Virus record (IMG/VR): IMGVR_UViG_2529292889_000002
Origin: a virus
Lineage: Duplodnaviria > Heunggongvirae > Uroviricota > Caudoviricetes
DNA: 23,876 nt
Reading direction: 5' to 3' (one strand)
Part shown: piece by piece, positions 1 through 6,396 of the stretch
Layout of the letters: each line of letters starts with the position of its first letter
Numbering within the stretch: the first letter of the stretch is position 1
The notes under the pieces: generated by a model
The model's input: the letters and a program-made list of their open reading frames with translations, nothing else
Told to the model about the DNA's origin: nothing
The model's database searches: none
Position numbers and translations under genes: made by a program

Positions 1-1
1 G

Positions 2-73
2 CGTGGTCAACAGTGGCTGACCAGAAAGCTGCTCGATAACGGAATGCTGAAAGTAACAGGGGAGGCTGCTTAA
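2..73 (+). CDS. 3' end of an upstream nin-region gene (C-terminal fragment only; identity not determinable, possibly NinG-like)
   Basis: Frame open from the window edge to TAA at 71-73; the stop overlaps the next start as TAATG, typical translational coupling in phage nin regions. Only 24 codons are visible. Confidence 0.3.
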   Translation, partial: RGQQWLTRKLLDNGMLKVTGEAA

Positions 74-363
74 TGGCTAACCTACGCAAAGAAGCACGCG
101 GCAGAGAATGCCAGGTACGTATTTACGGCATATGCAATGGCAATCCTGAAACTACAGTTCTGGCACATTACCGGATGGCTGGAATTTGCGGAACGGGAAT
201 GAAGCCTGACGACCTGATCGGCGCATGGGCTTGTAGTGACTGCCACGCGGAGATCGACCGACGCACCCGGATTCTCGACAACAAAGACGCCAGACTTTAC
301 CACCTCGAAGGCGTGATGAGGACGCAGGCGATACTGCTGAAGGAGGGGAAGATTAAGTCATGA
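73..363 (+). CDS. ybcO: DUF1364 / YbcO-like putative nuclease (Cys/His-rich, 96 aa)
   Basis: Translation (MANLRKEARGRECQVRIYGICNGNPET...CSDCHAEIDRRT) recalls DLP12 YbcO; ATG at 73; stop overlaps rusA start (ATGA). Confidence 0.75.
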   Translation: MANLRKEARGRECQVRIYGICNGNPETTVLAHYRMAGICGTGMKPDDLIGAWACSDCHAEIDRRTRILDNKDARLYHLEGVMRTQAILLKEGKIKS

Positions 364-722
364 ACGAATATCAGTTTGTGCTTCCATACCCGCCGTCGGT
401 GAACACCTACTGGCGAAGACGGGGAAGCCAATACTACATCAGCGATAAAGGCCTGAAATACCGAAAAGACGTTCAGCAAATCATCCGCCAACTCAAGTTA
501 GACATTTTCACCAAATCACGACTACGAATCAAAGTCATCGCAGACGTTCCAGACTCCCGCCGCCGCGACCTCGACAACATTCTTAAAGGTTTACTCGACT
601 CCCTTATCCACGCCGGATTTGCGGAAGACGACGAGCAATTCGATGACATTCGCGTAATTCGTGGCGTGAAAGTACCAGGCGGAAGGCTTGGAATAAAAAT
701 CACCGAACTGGAGAACGTATGA
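360..722 (+). CDS. rusA: Holliday junction resolvase RusA (crossover junction endodeoxyribonuclease)
   Basis: 120 aa; N-terminal motif FVLPYPPSVNTYW and acidic residues characteristic of RusA; position after ybcO as in DLP12-like nin regions. Confidence 0.9.
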   Translation: MNEYQFVLPYPPSVNTYWRRRGSQYYISDKGLKYRKDVQQIIRQLKLDIFTKSRLRIKVIADVPDSRRRDLDNILKGLLDSLIHAGFAEDDEQFDDIRVIRGVKVPGGRLGIKITELENV

Positions 723-907
723 ACGCCACAATTCAAACGATACCAGAGCTTCTTATCCAGACACGAGGAAATCAGACCGAAGTGGCGAGGATGCTTTCCT
801 GCGCAAGAGGAACAGCGCTCAAGTACAACCGAGACAGCAAAGGCGAGCGTCACGCAATAGTTAACGGCGTCCTGATGGTAACGCCAGGCAAAAAGGGAAG
901 ACGATGA
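719..907 (+). CDS. ninH: NinH-like small protein (62 aa)
   Basis: Translation (…QTIPELLIQTRGNQTEVARMLSCARGTALKY…HAIVNGVLMV) resembles lambda NinH; lies immediately upstream of Q as in lambda; overlapping start/stop codons with neighbours. Confidence 0.65.
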   Translation: MNATIQTIPELLIQTRGNQTEVARMLSCARGTALKYNRDSKGERHAIVNGVLMVTPGKKGRR

Positions 908-1527
908 GACTCGAAAGCGTAGCTAAATTTCATTCGCCAAAAAGCCCGATGATGAGCGACTCACCACGGGCCACGGCTTCTGACTCTCTTTCCGGTACTG
1001 ATGTGATGGCTGCTATGGGGATGGCGCAATCACAAGCCGGATTCGGAATGGCTGTATTCTGTGGTAAGCACGAACTCAGCCAGAACGACAAACAAAAGGC
1101 TATCAACTATCTGATGCAATTTGCACACAAGGTATCGGGGAAATACCGTGGCGTGGCAAAGCTTGAAGGAAATACTAAGGCAAAGGTACTGCAAGTGCTC
1201 GCAACATTCGCTTATGCGGATTATTGCCGTAGTGCCGCTACGCCGGGCGCAAGATGCAGAGATTGCCACGGTACAGGCCGTGCGGTTGATATAGCCAAAA
1301 CAGAGCAGTGGGGGATAGTTGCTGAGAAAGAGTGCGGAAGATGTAAAGGCGTCGGTTATTCAAGAATGCCAGCAAGCGCCGCATATCGCGCTGTGACGAT
1401 GCTAATCCCAAACCTTACCCAACCCACCTGGTCACGCACTGTTAAGCCGCTGTATGACGCTCTGGTTGTGCAATGCCACAAGGAAGAGTCAATCGCAGAC
1501 AACATTTTGAATGCGATCACACGTTAG
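904..1527 (+). CDS. Q: Late-gene antitermination protein Q (lambda type, 207 aa)
   Basis: Translation is near-identical along its length to lambda Q as recalled (MRLESVAKFHSPKSPMMSDSPRATASD...CRDCHGTGRAVD...CGRCKGVGYS zinc-finger region). Ends with TAG. Confidence 0.9.
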   Translation: MRLESVAKFHSPKSPMMSDSPRATASDSLSGTDVMAAMGMAQSQAGFGMAVFCGKHELSQNDKQKAINYLMQFAHKVSGKYRGVAKLEGNTKAKVLQVLATFAYADYCRSAATPGARCRDCHGTGRAVDIAKTEQWGIVAEKECGRCKGVGYSRMPASAAYRAVTMLIPNLTQPTWSRTVKPLYDALVVQCHKEESIADNILNAITR

Positions 1528-1565
1528 CGCCATGATTGCCACGGATGGCAACATATTAACGGCAT

Positions 1566-1625
1566 AATATTGACTTTTTGAATAACTTTGGGGAAACTTG
1601 ACACCAATAATGGGCGTTTTTTACA
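1566..1625 (+). promoter_or_regulatory. pR'-like late promoter with qut-like region
   Basis: AATATTGACTTTTTGAATAACTTTGGGGAAACTTGACACC aligns with the lambda pR'/qut sequence as recalled (AATATTGACTTATTGAATAAAATTGGGTAAATTTGACTCA): -35 TTGACT at 1570-1575, 17-nt spacer, -10 equivalent GAAACT at 1593-1598 (weaker than lambda TAAATT). Confidence 0.5.
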
Positions 1626-1739
1626 TGTCATTGATGAGTCTCAATAACCTGCCGCCGAGTAGTTTTTATGCTCTGAATTGTATTTGTGTAGTAAACATGC
1701 TGACTGCAATGTAATAGAGTTTTTTTAGCCTGTAACCTC

Positions 1740-1769
1740 TTGACGGCATTGAATTGCTTTTGTTATGAG
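1740..1769 (+). promoter_or_regulatory. Candidate sigma70 promoter for the cargo gene
   Basis: TTGACG (1740-1745), 18-nt spacer, TGn-TATGAG extended -10-like (1761-1769). The -10 is imperfect and overlaps the first ATG of the maximal ORF. Confidence 0.25.
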
Positions 1770-2523
1770 TTGTAAGCCAATGTTATCATCTTGTATTGGG
1801 GTGGTTATGAAGGATGGTGCACTGCTCAGGAGTTCTTCACTTTTTATTGCCTACATGGGATGCCTTGGATGGGGGAGTGCTTATTTCTATGGATGGGGTA
1901 CTTCTTTTTACTACGGCTTCCCATGGTGGATTGTAGGTGCAGGTGTTGATGATGTTGCCAGAAGTTTATTTTTTGCAGTTATCGTCATTGCTATATTTCT
2001 TATCGGTTGGGGTATTGGTGTTGTATTCTTTTTCGCAGTGAAAAGAAAACATTCTATGCAAGAGCTAAATGTATTTCGCCTTTATTTTGCTGTGGAATTA
2101 TTGTTTGTGCCGGCAATTATTGAGTTTTCTATATTGAGACAGAAGATTCAGGTACCTCTTTTGCTACTGTCAGCAGCGATTGCGCTGGCGGTTACAATTT
2201 CGATAAGATCTTATGGGCGATTTTTATCGGTATCATGCTTCTATGATAAGCCATTTATAAAAAAACATTTTTTTGAGATTGTGATGATTGCTTTTGTGGC
2301 ATATTTCTGGCTTTTTTCATTTCTGACAGGATATTACAAACCGCAGTTTAAGAAAGAATATGAAATGATTAATTATAATGATGGTTGGTATTATGTTCTT
2401 GCTCGTTATGATAATTGTCTGGTTTTGTCTACTTCTTTCAATGCAGGTAGTAAAAGGTTTGTCATTTATCAATCAGCACAAGATAAGAATCTTCAGGTTG
2501 ATATTGTAAGGACCAGAATTTAA
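1765..2523 (+). CDS. Hypothetical polytopic integral membrane protein (cargo/moron gene; function unknown)
   Basis: Open frame of about 250 codons in a markedly AT-rich segment, where chance ORFs of this length are unlikely. Translation shows several hydrophobic helix-like stretches rich in W/F/Y/G and a C-terminal soluble tail. Start uncertain: in-frame ATGs at 1765, 1780 and 1807 (1807 has a GGGGTGG SD-like sequence 5 nt upstream). I recognise no family. Confidence 0.55.
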   Translation: MSCKPMLSSCIGVVMKDGALLRSSSLFIAYMGCLGWGSAYFYGWGTSFYYGFPWWIVGAGVDDVARSLFFAVIVIAIFLIGWGIGVVFFFAVKRKHSMQELNVFRLYFAVELLFVPAIIEFSILRQKIQVPLLLLSAAIALAVTISIRSYGRFLSVSCFYDKPFIKKHFFEIVMIAFVAYFWLFSFLTGYYKPQFKKEYEMINYNDGWYYVLARYDNCLVLSTSFNAGSKRFVIYQSAQDKNLQVDIVRTRI

Positions 2524-2656
2524 TTGGCTGCATAAATAATATTTTAAGTTGCAAGTTGGCTATTCGTAGGAATAGAACCTTAGGCATGCTGAATGCGTTT
2601 TCTGAACATTGTTTTATAAACTGTGTCTGCTTGCTGTTGTGATCCTGCTTTTAGTG

Positions 2657-2767
2657 ATGGTGATGATGGATTTCACCAGCAGGATAATGTTGGTACTGAC
2701 TGATGGCGCTCTGGTCTGCGGCATTGTGGTATTGCTGTGGCCGATGATGAAAAAACAGAATGAATAA
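2657..2767 (+). CDS. Candidate small hydrophobic peptide (36 aa; MVMMDFTSRIMLVLTDGALVCGIVVLLWPMMKKQNE)
   Basis: ATG...TAA open frame; one predicted transmembrane helix followed by a KK-containing polar tail. No clear Shine-Dalgarno; below the ORF-track length cutoff. Confidence 0.2.
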   Translation: MVMMDFTSRIMLVLTDGALVCGIVVLLWPMMKKQNE

Positions 2768-2902
2768 TCCTTGACTTTTTTGTTTACTGTTTATTAAAAA
2801 ATCAACCGCATGGTGAATCCTCCTTGGAGGGGCTAAATGATCGAGTTTTAAGGGCACGTAGCGAGTTCTGTTTGATCATTGCAGAACTTAGCGGGAGGCG
2901 CC

Positions 2903-3013
2903 ATGCGTACATCACTAATGTTATTTCCTTCTATCATTTTCCTTGTGAGTTCTGGCTGCGCATGGCGCGGCCTTTTTTTTATGACCTGCCACTGGCAGAT
3001 GGTCATCCTGTGA
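2903..3013 (+). CDS. Candidate small ORF (36 aa; MRTSLMLFPSIIFLVSSGCAWRG...) with signal-peptide/lipobox-like N-terminus
   Basis: Strong SD (GGGAGG at 2893-2898) 4 nt before ATG 2903; hydrophobic stretch ending in SSGC. The ORF spans the intrinsic terminator at 2954-2980, so it may be a gene remnant or leader rather than a functional gene. Confidence 0.2.
   Translation: MRTSLMLFPSIIFLVSSGCAWRGLFFMTCHWQMVIL
2954..2980 (+). terminator. Rho-independent terminator (+ strand)
   Basis: GGCTGCGC-ATG-GCGCGGCC: 8-bp GC-rich stem (one G-U pair), 3-nt loop, followed by T8 (2973-2980). Confidence 0.6.
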
Positions 3014-3161
3014 TTTGATTCCGGTTCCGGCTTTTTAACTCTGTTCCTGTATACGGGAGAAATTCTATGTCGATTAATCGTTATGATATTGGTTACAAGA
3101 AGTACCACGTATTGTGTTGAGATAGAAAGCCTGGTGCCAGAGGTAAATGCAGCAGCATAAT

Positions 3162-3209
3162 AAAAAAGAGCCAGCGCAGAAGAGAACGGGTAAAAGAGTC
3201 TGCGCTGGC
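3162..3209 (-). terminator. Rho-independent terminator oriented for the minus strand
   Basis: Perfect 11-bp inverted repeat GCCAGCGCAGA (3170-3180) / TCTGCGCTGGC (3199-3209) with 18-nt loop. On the minus strand the hairpin is followed by UCUUUUUU (complement of 3162-3169); on the + strand there is no T-run after it. Confidence 0.5.
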
Positions 3210-3254
3210 GTGGGGATATTCCCCGTGGAGAAATGATATGTAACACACATCGGG
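3162..3254 (-). ncRNA. Candidate small RNA of about 90 nt on the minus strand (promoter plus terminator; no protein-coding potential)
   Basis: Minus-strand promoter-like elements: -35 TTGACA (complement of 3283-3288), 16-nt spacer, -10 TATAGA (complement of 3261-3266). Predicted transcript contains a GGGGA-AUA-UCCCC hairpin and ends at the 11-bp terminator. Purely sequence-based prediction. Confidence 0.3.
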
Positions 3255-3388
3255 AACCTTTCTATATAAACATTATCATTATTGTCAATCATAACAGTCA
3301 GGTATTATGACGTTTATGCATCAGGGCCATCAGGAATTAACTGGTGGCTTTTTATTGTTGTCAGCTTCCGGATAACGGGAGACGGGGT

Positions 3389-3604
3389 ATGTACCAGATG
3401 GAAAAAATCACAACAGGTGTGTCATACACCACGTCAGCGGTGGGGACGGGATACTGGCTACTGCAGTTGCTGGACAAAGTCTCCCCATCCCAGTGGGTGG
3501 CAATAGGCGTATTGGGTAGCCTGGTGTTTGGCTTGCTGACGTATCTGACAAACCTTTATTTCAAGATTAAAGAAGATAAGCGTAAGGCTGCGAGAGGTGA
3601 ATAA
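3389..3604 (+). CDS. S: Class II holin (phage 21 S-type pinholin), 71 aa with dual start (Met1/Met4)
   Basis: [71 protein letters not shown] closely matches S21 as recalled; two TMDs; 71/68 aa products; SD GGAGACGGGG upstream; stop overlaps the endolysin start (TAATG). Confidence 0.85.
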   Translation: MYQMEKITTGVSYTTSAVGTGYWLLQLLDKVSPSQWVAIGVLGSLVFGLLTYLTNLYFKIKEDKRKAARGE

Positions 3605-4101
3605 TGTCGCCATCATTACGCAAGGCTGTTGCTGCTGCTATTGGTGGTGGGGCTGTTGCCATAGCGTCTGTGCTCATCACTGGTCCGAGTGGTGACGATG
3701 GCCTGGAAGGTGTCAGCTACATACCATACGAAGATATCGTTGGCGTATGGACTGTATGTCACGGACACACCGGAAAAGACATCATTCCCGGTAAAACGTA
3801 TACCGAAGCAGAATGCAAAGCCCTCCTGAATAAAGACCTTGCCATGGTCGCCAGACAAATTAACCCGTACATCAAAGTCGATATACCGGAAACAACGCGC
3901 GGCGCTCTTTACTCGTTCGTTTACAACGTGGGCGCTGGTAATTTCAGAACATCGACGCTTCTTCGCAAAATAAACCAGGGTGATATCAAAGGCGCATGTG
4001 ACCAGCTACGTCGCTGGACATACGCTGGCGGTAAGCAATGGAAAGGGCTGATGACCCGTCGTGATATTGAGCGTGAAGTCTGTTTGTGGGGGCAGCAATG
4101 A
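3604..4101 (+). CDS. R: SAR endolysin (phage 21 R-type lysozyme, T4-lysozyme fold)
   Basis: 165 aa; N-terminal Gly/Ala-rich signal-arrest-release helix ([20 protein letters not shown]) followed by a lysozyme-like catalytic region; immediately downstream of the pinholin. Confidence 0.9.
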   Translation: MSPSLRKAVAAAIGGGAVAIASVLITGPSGDDGLEGVSYIPYEDIVGVWTVCHGHTGKDIIPGKTYTEAECKALLNKDLAMVARQINPYIKVDIPETTRGALYSFVYNVGAGNFRTSTLLRKINQGDIKGACDQLRRWTYAGGKQWKGLMTRRDIEREVCLWGQQ

Positions 4102-4565
4102 GCAGGGTAACCGCGATTATCTCCGCTCTGGTTATTTGCATCATCCTCTGCCTGTCATGGGCTGTTAATCATTACCGTGATAACGCCATCGCCTACAAAG
4201 AGCAGCGTGATAAAAAAGTCAGTGAGCTGAAGCAGGCGACCGCCACCATTACTGACATGCAGCAACGCCAGCGTGCTGCTGATGTACTCGATGCTAAATA
4301 CACGAAGGAGTTAGCCAATGCGAAAGCTGAAAATGATGCTCTTCGGCGTAAGCTTGATAATGGTGGTCGGGTGCTCGTCAAAGGAAAATGCCCTGTGCCA
4401 GCCTCAGCCAAAACCTCCAGCTCCTCCGGCATGGGCAATGATGCCACCGTCGAACTCTCTTCAGTTGCTGGACGAAACGTTCTCGGTATCCGGGACGGAA
4501 TTATCCGTGACCAAACAGCACTGAGAACGCTTCAGGAGTACATCAGGACGCAATGCCTGAAATAA
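4098..4565 (+). CDS. Rz: Rz inner-membrane spanin (i-spanin)
   Basis: [29 protein letters not shown]... N-terminal TMD and coiled-coil; N-terminal half closely matches lambda Rz as recalled; start overlaps the endolysin stop (ATGA). Confidence 0.85.
   Translation: MSRVTAIISALVICIILCLSWAVNHYRDNAIAYKEQRDKKVSELKQATATITDMQQRQRAADVLDAKYTKELANAKAENDALRRKLDNGGRVLVKGKCPVPASAKTSSSSGMGNDATVELSSVAGRNVLGIRDGIIRDQTALRTLQEYIRTQCLK
4318..4524 (+). CDS. Rz1: Rz1 outer-membrane lipoprotein spanin (o-spanin), embedded in the +1 frame of Rz
   Basis: [21 protein letters not shown]... lipobox (VVGC), proline-rich mature region; AAGGAG SD 9 nt upstream; entirely nested within Rz as in lambda. Confidence 0.8.
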   Translation: MRKLKMMLFGVSLIMVVGCSSKENALCQPQPKPPAPPAWAMMPPSNSLQLLDETFSVSGTELSVTKQH

Positions 4566-4597
4566 TTTTTTTGCAAATCACAAAGTCAATTTAATGA

Positions 4598-4620
4598 GCC
4601 TCGCGATGCGGGGCTTTTTT
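4598..4620 (+). terminator. Rho-independent terminator after the lysis cassette
   Basis: GCCTCGC-GAT-GCGGGGC stem-loop (7 bp, one G-U) followed by T6 (4615-4620). Confidence 0.6.
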
Positions 4621-4763
4621 ATGTCCGCAGTAAACGCGCATCTCACGCGCATATTAACGAGAGCCTTTCAGTAAGCGAGCCTGAGAAATGCCGTTATAGG
4701 TGGCGACCTCTCTCGGGCGGCTTTTCTGTGAGACAGGCTCACTTTCTAAAAGGTAAAGACGCT

Positions 4764-5288
4764 ATGAATAATCATTCAGTTATTCCAGCCTTCGACTTCC
4801 GAGAAATGGTGCAAGCCAAAAACGGAGAGGTCGTTACCACATCCAGAAAAATTGCCAAGTACTTCGGCAAGCGACACGGTGATGTTCTCAGGAAAATCGA
4901 GCAGGTTAAGGCTGATTGCTCGCGTGAGTTTAGCCAACGCAATTTTGCGTAGGCTGATTATATCGATGAGCAGGGCAAGGTTCGCCCGATGTACAGCCTG
5001 ACGAAAGATGGCTGGATCATGGTTGTGATGGGGTTCACCGGGAAAGCTGCTGCGGCAATCAAGGAGAGCTATATCGCAGCATTCAACTGGATGGCAGAGC
5101 AACTGAGCCGCCGCATGGCAATTGGCGAAGAAATGCAGCACCGCTACGCCATCAAAGAAACACGCTCAAAGCTGAAAGGTACGATCGGCAGTCGGTTAAT
5201 GAACGAACGGAAGAAAGAGAAGCGTGTCCTGGCTGTCGAGCATGAATACATTTTGCAGGTGACACAGCCTGAACTGCTGATTAATTGA
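4764..5288 (+). pseudogene. rha: Rha-family phage regulatory protein interrupted by an in-frame amber codon (TAG at 4950-4952)
   Basis: ATG 4764 with AGGT SD. N-terminal part (MNNHSVIPAFDFREMVQ...GKRHGDVLRKIEQ) and the downstream same-frame ORF (…ADYIDEQGKVRPMYSLTKDGWIMVVMGFTGKAA…) together look like a single Rha-family protein as I recall the family; they are separated only by TAG. Confidence 0.65.
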
Positions 5289-5699
5289 AGATGTCATTAC
5301 AAAGCCTATCTACGGGTGGGCTTGATAATGGCTTATACCCTGCACGGGATAACTTAACTGATATCCCTTTTAACGGATAAAGGTATTCAAGCCTGACACA
5401 TCATGCGCTGTATCGTCGCTGTATTCCCGCATTAACCATGACCGTAGCCCGACGGGGAACTCCTTCTGCGCGAGTGTGCGGGAATAATCAAAAACGATGC
5501 ACACCGGGTTTTTACCGCGCTAATGATTCGCGGGTTTGTCCCTCATGCTCGCCAGTCCTGTGCGGGGGTGGAAGAAACAGGACACTCACACAGATTCTTG
5601 TGGGTCGATGCTATTCCTTTCTGGATTATCCCGATGCCATTCATGCAAGGGCTGTATCAGACGTTCGTCATGGCTTTCAGGCTGACGGGTCCTCCCGGT

Positions 5700-5810
5700 G
5701 GGGTGGCCTGCCACGGGGCGGGAGCGTCGCGGAAAAAGGCTAGTTTTTGAAATTTTATTCGTCATCACCACCACTGTAATTGATTGATATTACAGTGGTT
5801 TTATTTTCAT
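5700..5810. other. cos site (cosN with flanking cosB-like AT-rich region) upstream of the terminase small subunit
   Basis: ACGGGGCGGGAGCGTCGCGG (5713-5732) matches lambda cosN ACGGGGCGGCGACCTCGCGGG as recalled, followed by TTTTTGAAATTTTATTCGTCATCACC resembling lambda TTTATGAAAATTTT...TTCTTCGTCATAACT. Position just 5' of the Nu1-like gene is as expected. A 10-bp perfect hairpin (5771-5798) lies within the cosB-like part. Confidence 0.5.
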
Positions 5811-5901
5811 GGTGTCGATTCTGATTGTTTTTTGTTCATCACTAACACCGTTTGCCTAAAGTTGTTCGCAAGATGCATGTTTAAAACATTCTGGAGCGGG
5901 T

Positions 5902-6396
5902 ATGGATCGAGAGTTAAAAAATCTGACGCTGAATATCAGTCAACTGGCGGCATTGTCAGGTGTACATCGCCAGACTGCTGCGGCAAGGCTGCAAAATCTA
6001 CCCGTTGCAGGGGGGCATGAAAGCAACCTCAAGCTTTATCGGGTGGTTGATATTGTGTCGGCATTTCTGGCATTACCACCGCCGGTTGCAGAAGGCGAAA
6101 TGGACGCGCATGAGCGCAAAGCCTGGTATCAGTCTGAACGTGAGCGTCTTAAGTTCGAACAGGAAACGGCACAACTCATTCCGGCCAGTGATGTCAGACG
6201 GGAGTTTGCCATCTGGGCAAAAGCGGTCGTGCAGGTGCTGGAGACATTACCGGATATTCTTGAACGTGACTGCGGTCTGCAGCCTGCCGCTGTGAGCCGT
6301 GTTCAGTCCATTATTGATGATCTGCGCGATCAGATAGCCCTGCGGGTGACTGAAGCAGGTGCGGATGATGAGGAGGAATTACAGCAGGAGGAGTAA
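5902..6396 (+). CDS. Terminase small subunit (Nu1-like DNA-binding packaging protein)
   Basis: 164 aa; N-terminal HTH-like segment (ISQLAALSGVHRQTAAARL), acidic C-terminus; GGAG SD; directly precedes and overlaps the large terminase (TAATG). Confidence 0.8.
   Translation: MDRELKNLTLNISQLAALSGVHRQTAAARLQNLPVAGGHESNLKLYRVVDIVSAFLALPPPVAEGEMDAHERKAWYQSERERLKFEQETAQLIPASDVRREFAIWAKAVVQVLETLPDILERDCGLQPAAVSRVQSIIDDLRDQIALRVTEAGADDEEELQQEE

Noticed and set aside
2651-2857. Minus-strand ORF ending in five consecutive His codons (…EIHHHHH-stop), superficially like an engineered His-tag
   Set aside because: Only five His, no linker or vector sequence nearby, and the run is just the complement of the ATGGTGATGATGG start region of the + strand small ORF; the rest of the translation is implausible.
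2864-2888. Possible LexA (SOS) box CTGT…ACAG
   Set aside because: The half-sites are separated by 11 nt rather than the 10 nt (CTG-N10-CAG) of the E. coli LexA consensus, so it is kept only as a generic inverted repeat.
3067-3236. Tiny + strand ORFs (17 and 29 codons) with SD-like sequences
   Set aside because: Very short; the second spans the minus-strand terminator hairpin; no supporting features beyond a possible SD.
1528-3388. tRNA genes or stx-like toxin genes at the Q-S hotspot
   Set aside because: No cloverleaf-compatible sequence with a GTTCRANNC T-loop motif was found on either strand, and no ORF resembles Shiga toxin A/B subunits.
3282-3506. 74-aa + strand ORF overlapping the start of the holin
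   Set aside because: Overlaps the well-supported pinholin gene in another frame; no SD; Cys/Trp/Arg-rich implausible protein.
5438-5774. Overlapping ORFs 5438-5743 (+), 5523-5750 (+) and 5586-5774 (-)
   Set aside because: Mutually overlapping, no SD, Arg/Gly/Pro/Cys-rich translations, and they run across the cos site; they look like chance ORFs in GC-rich non-coding DNA.
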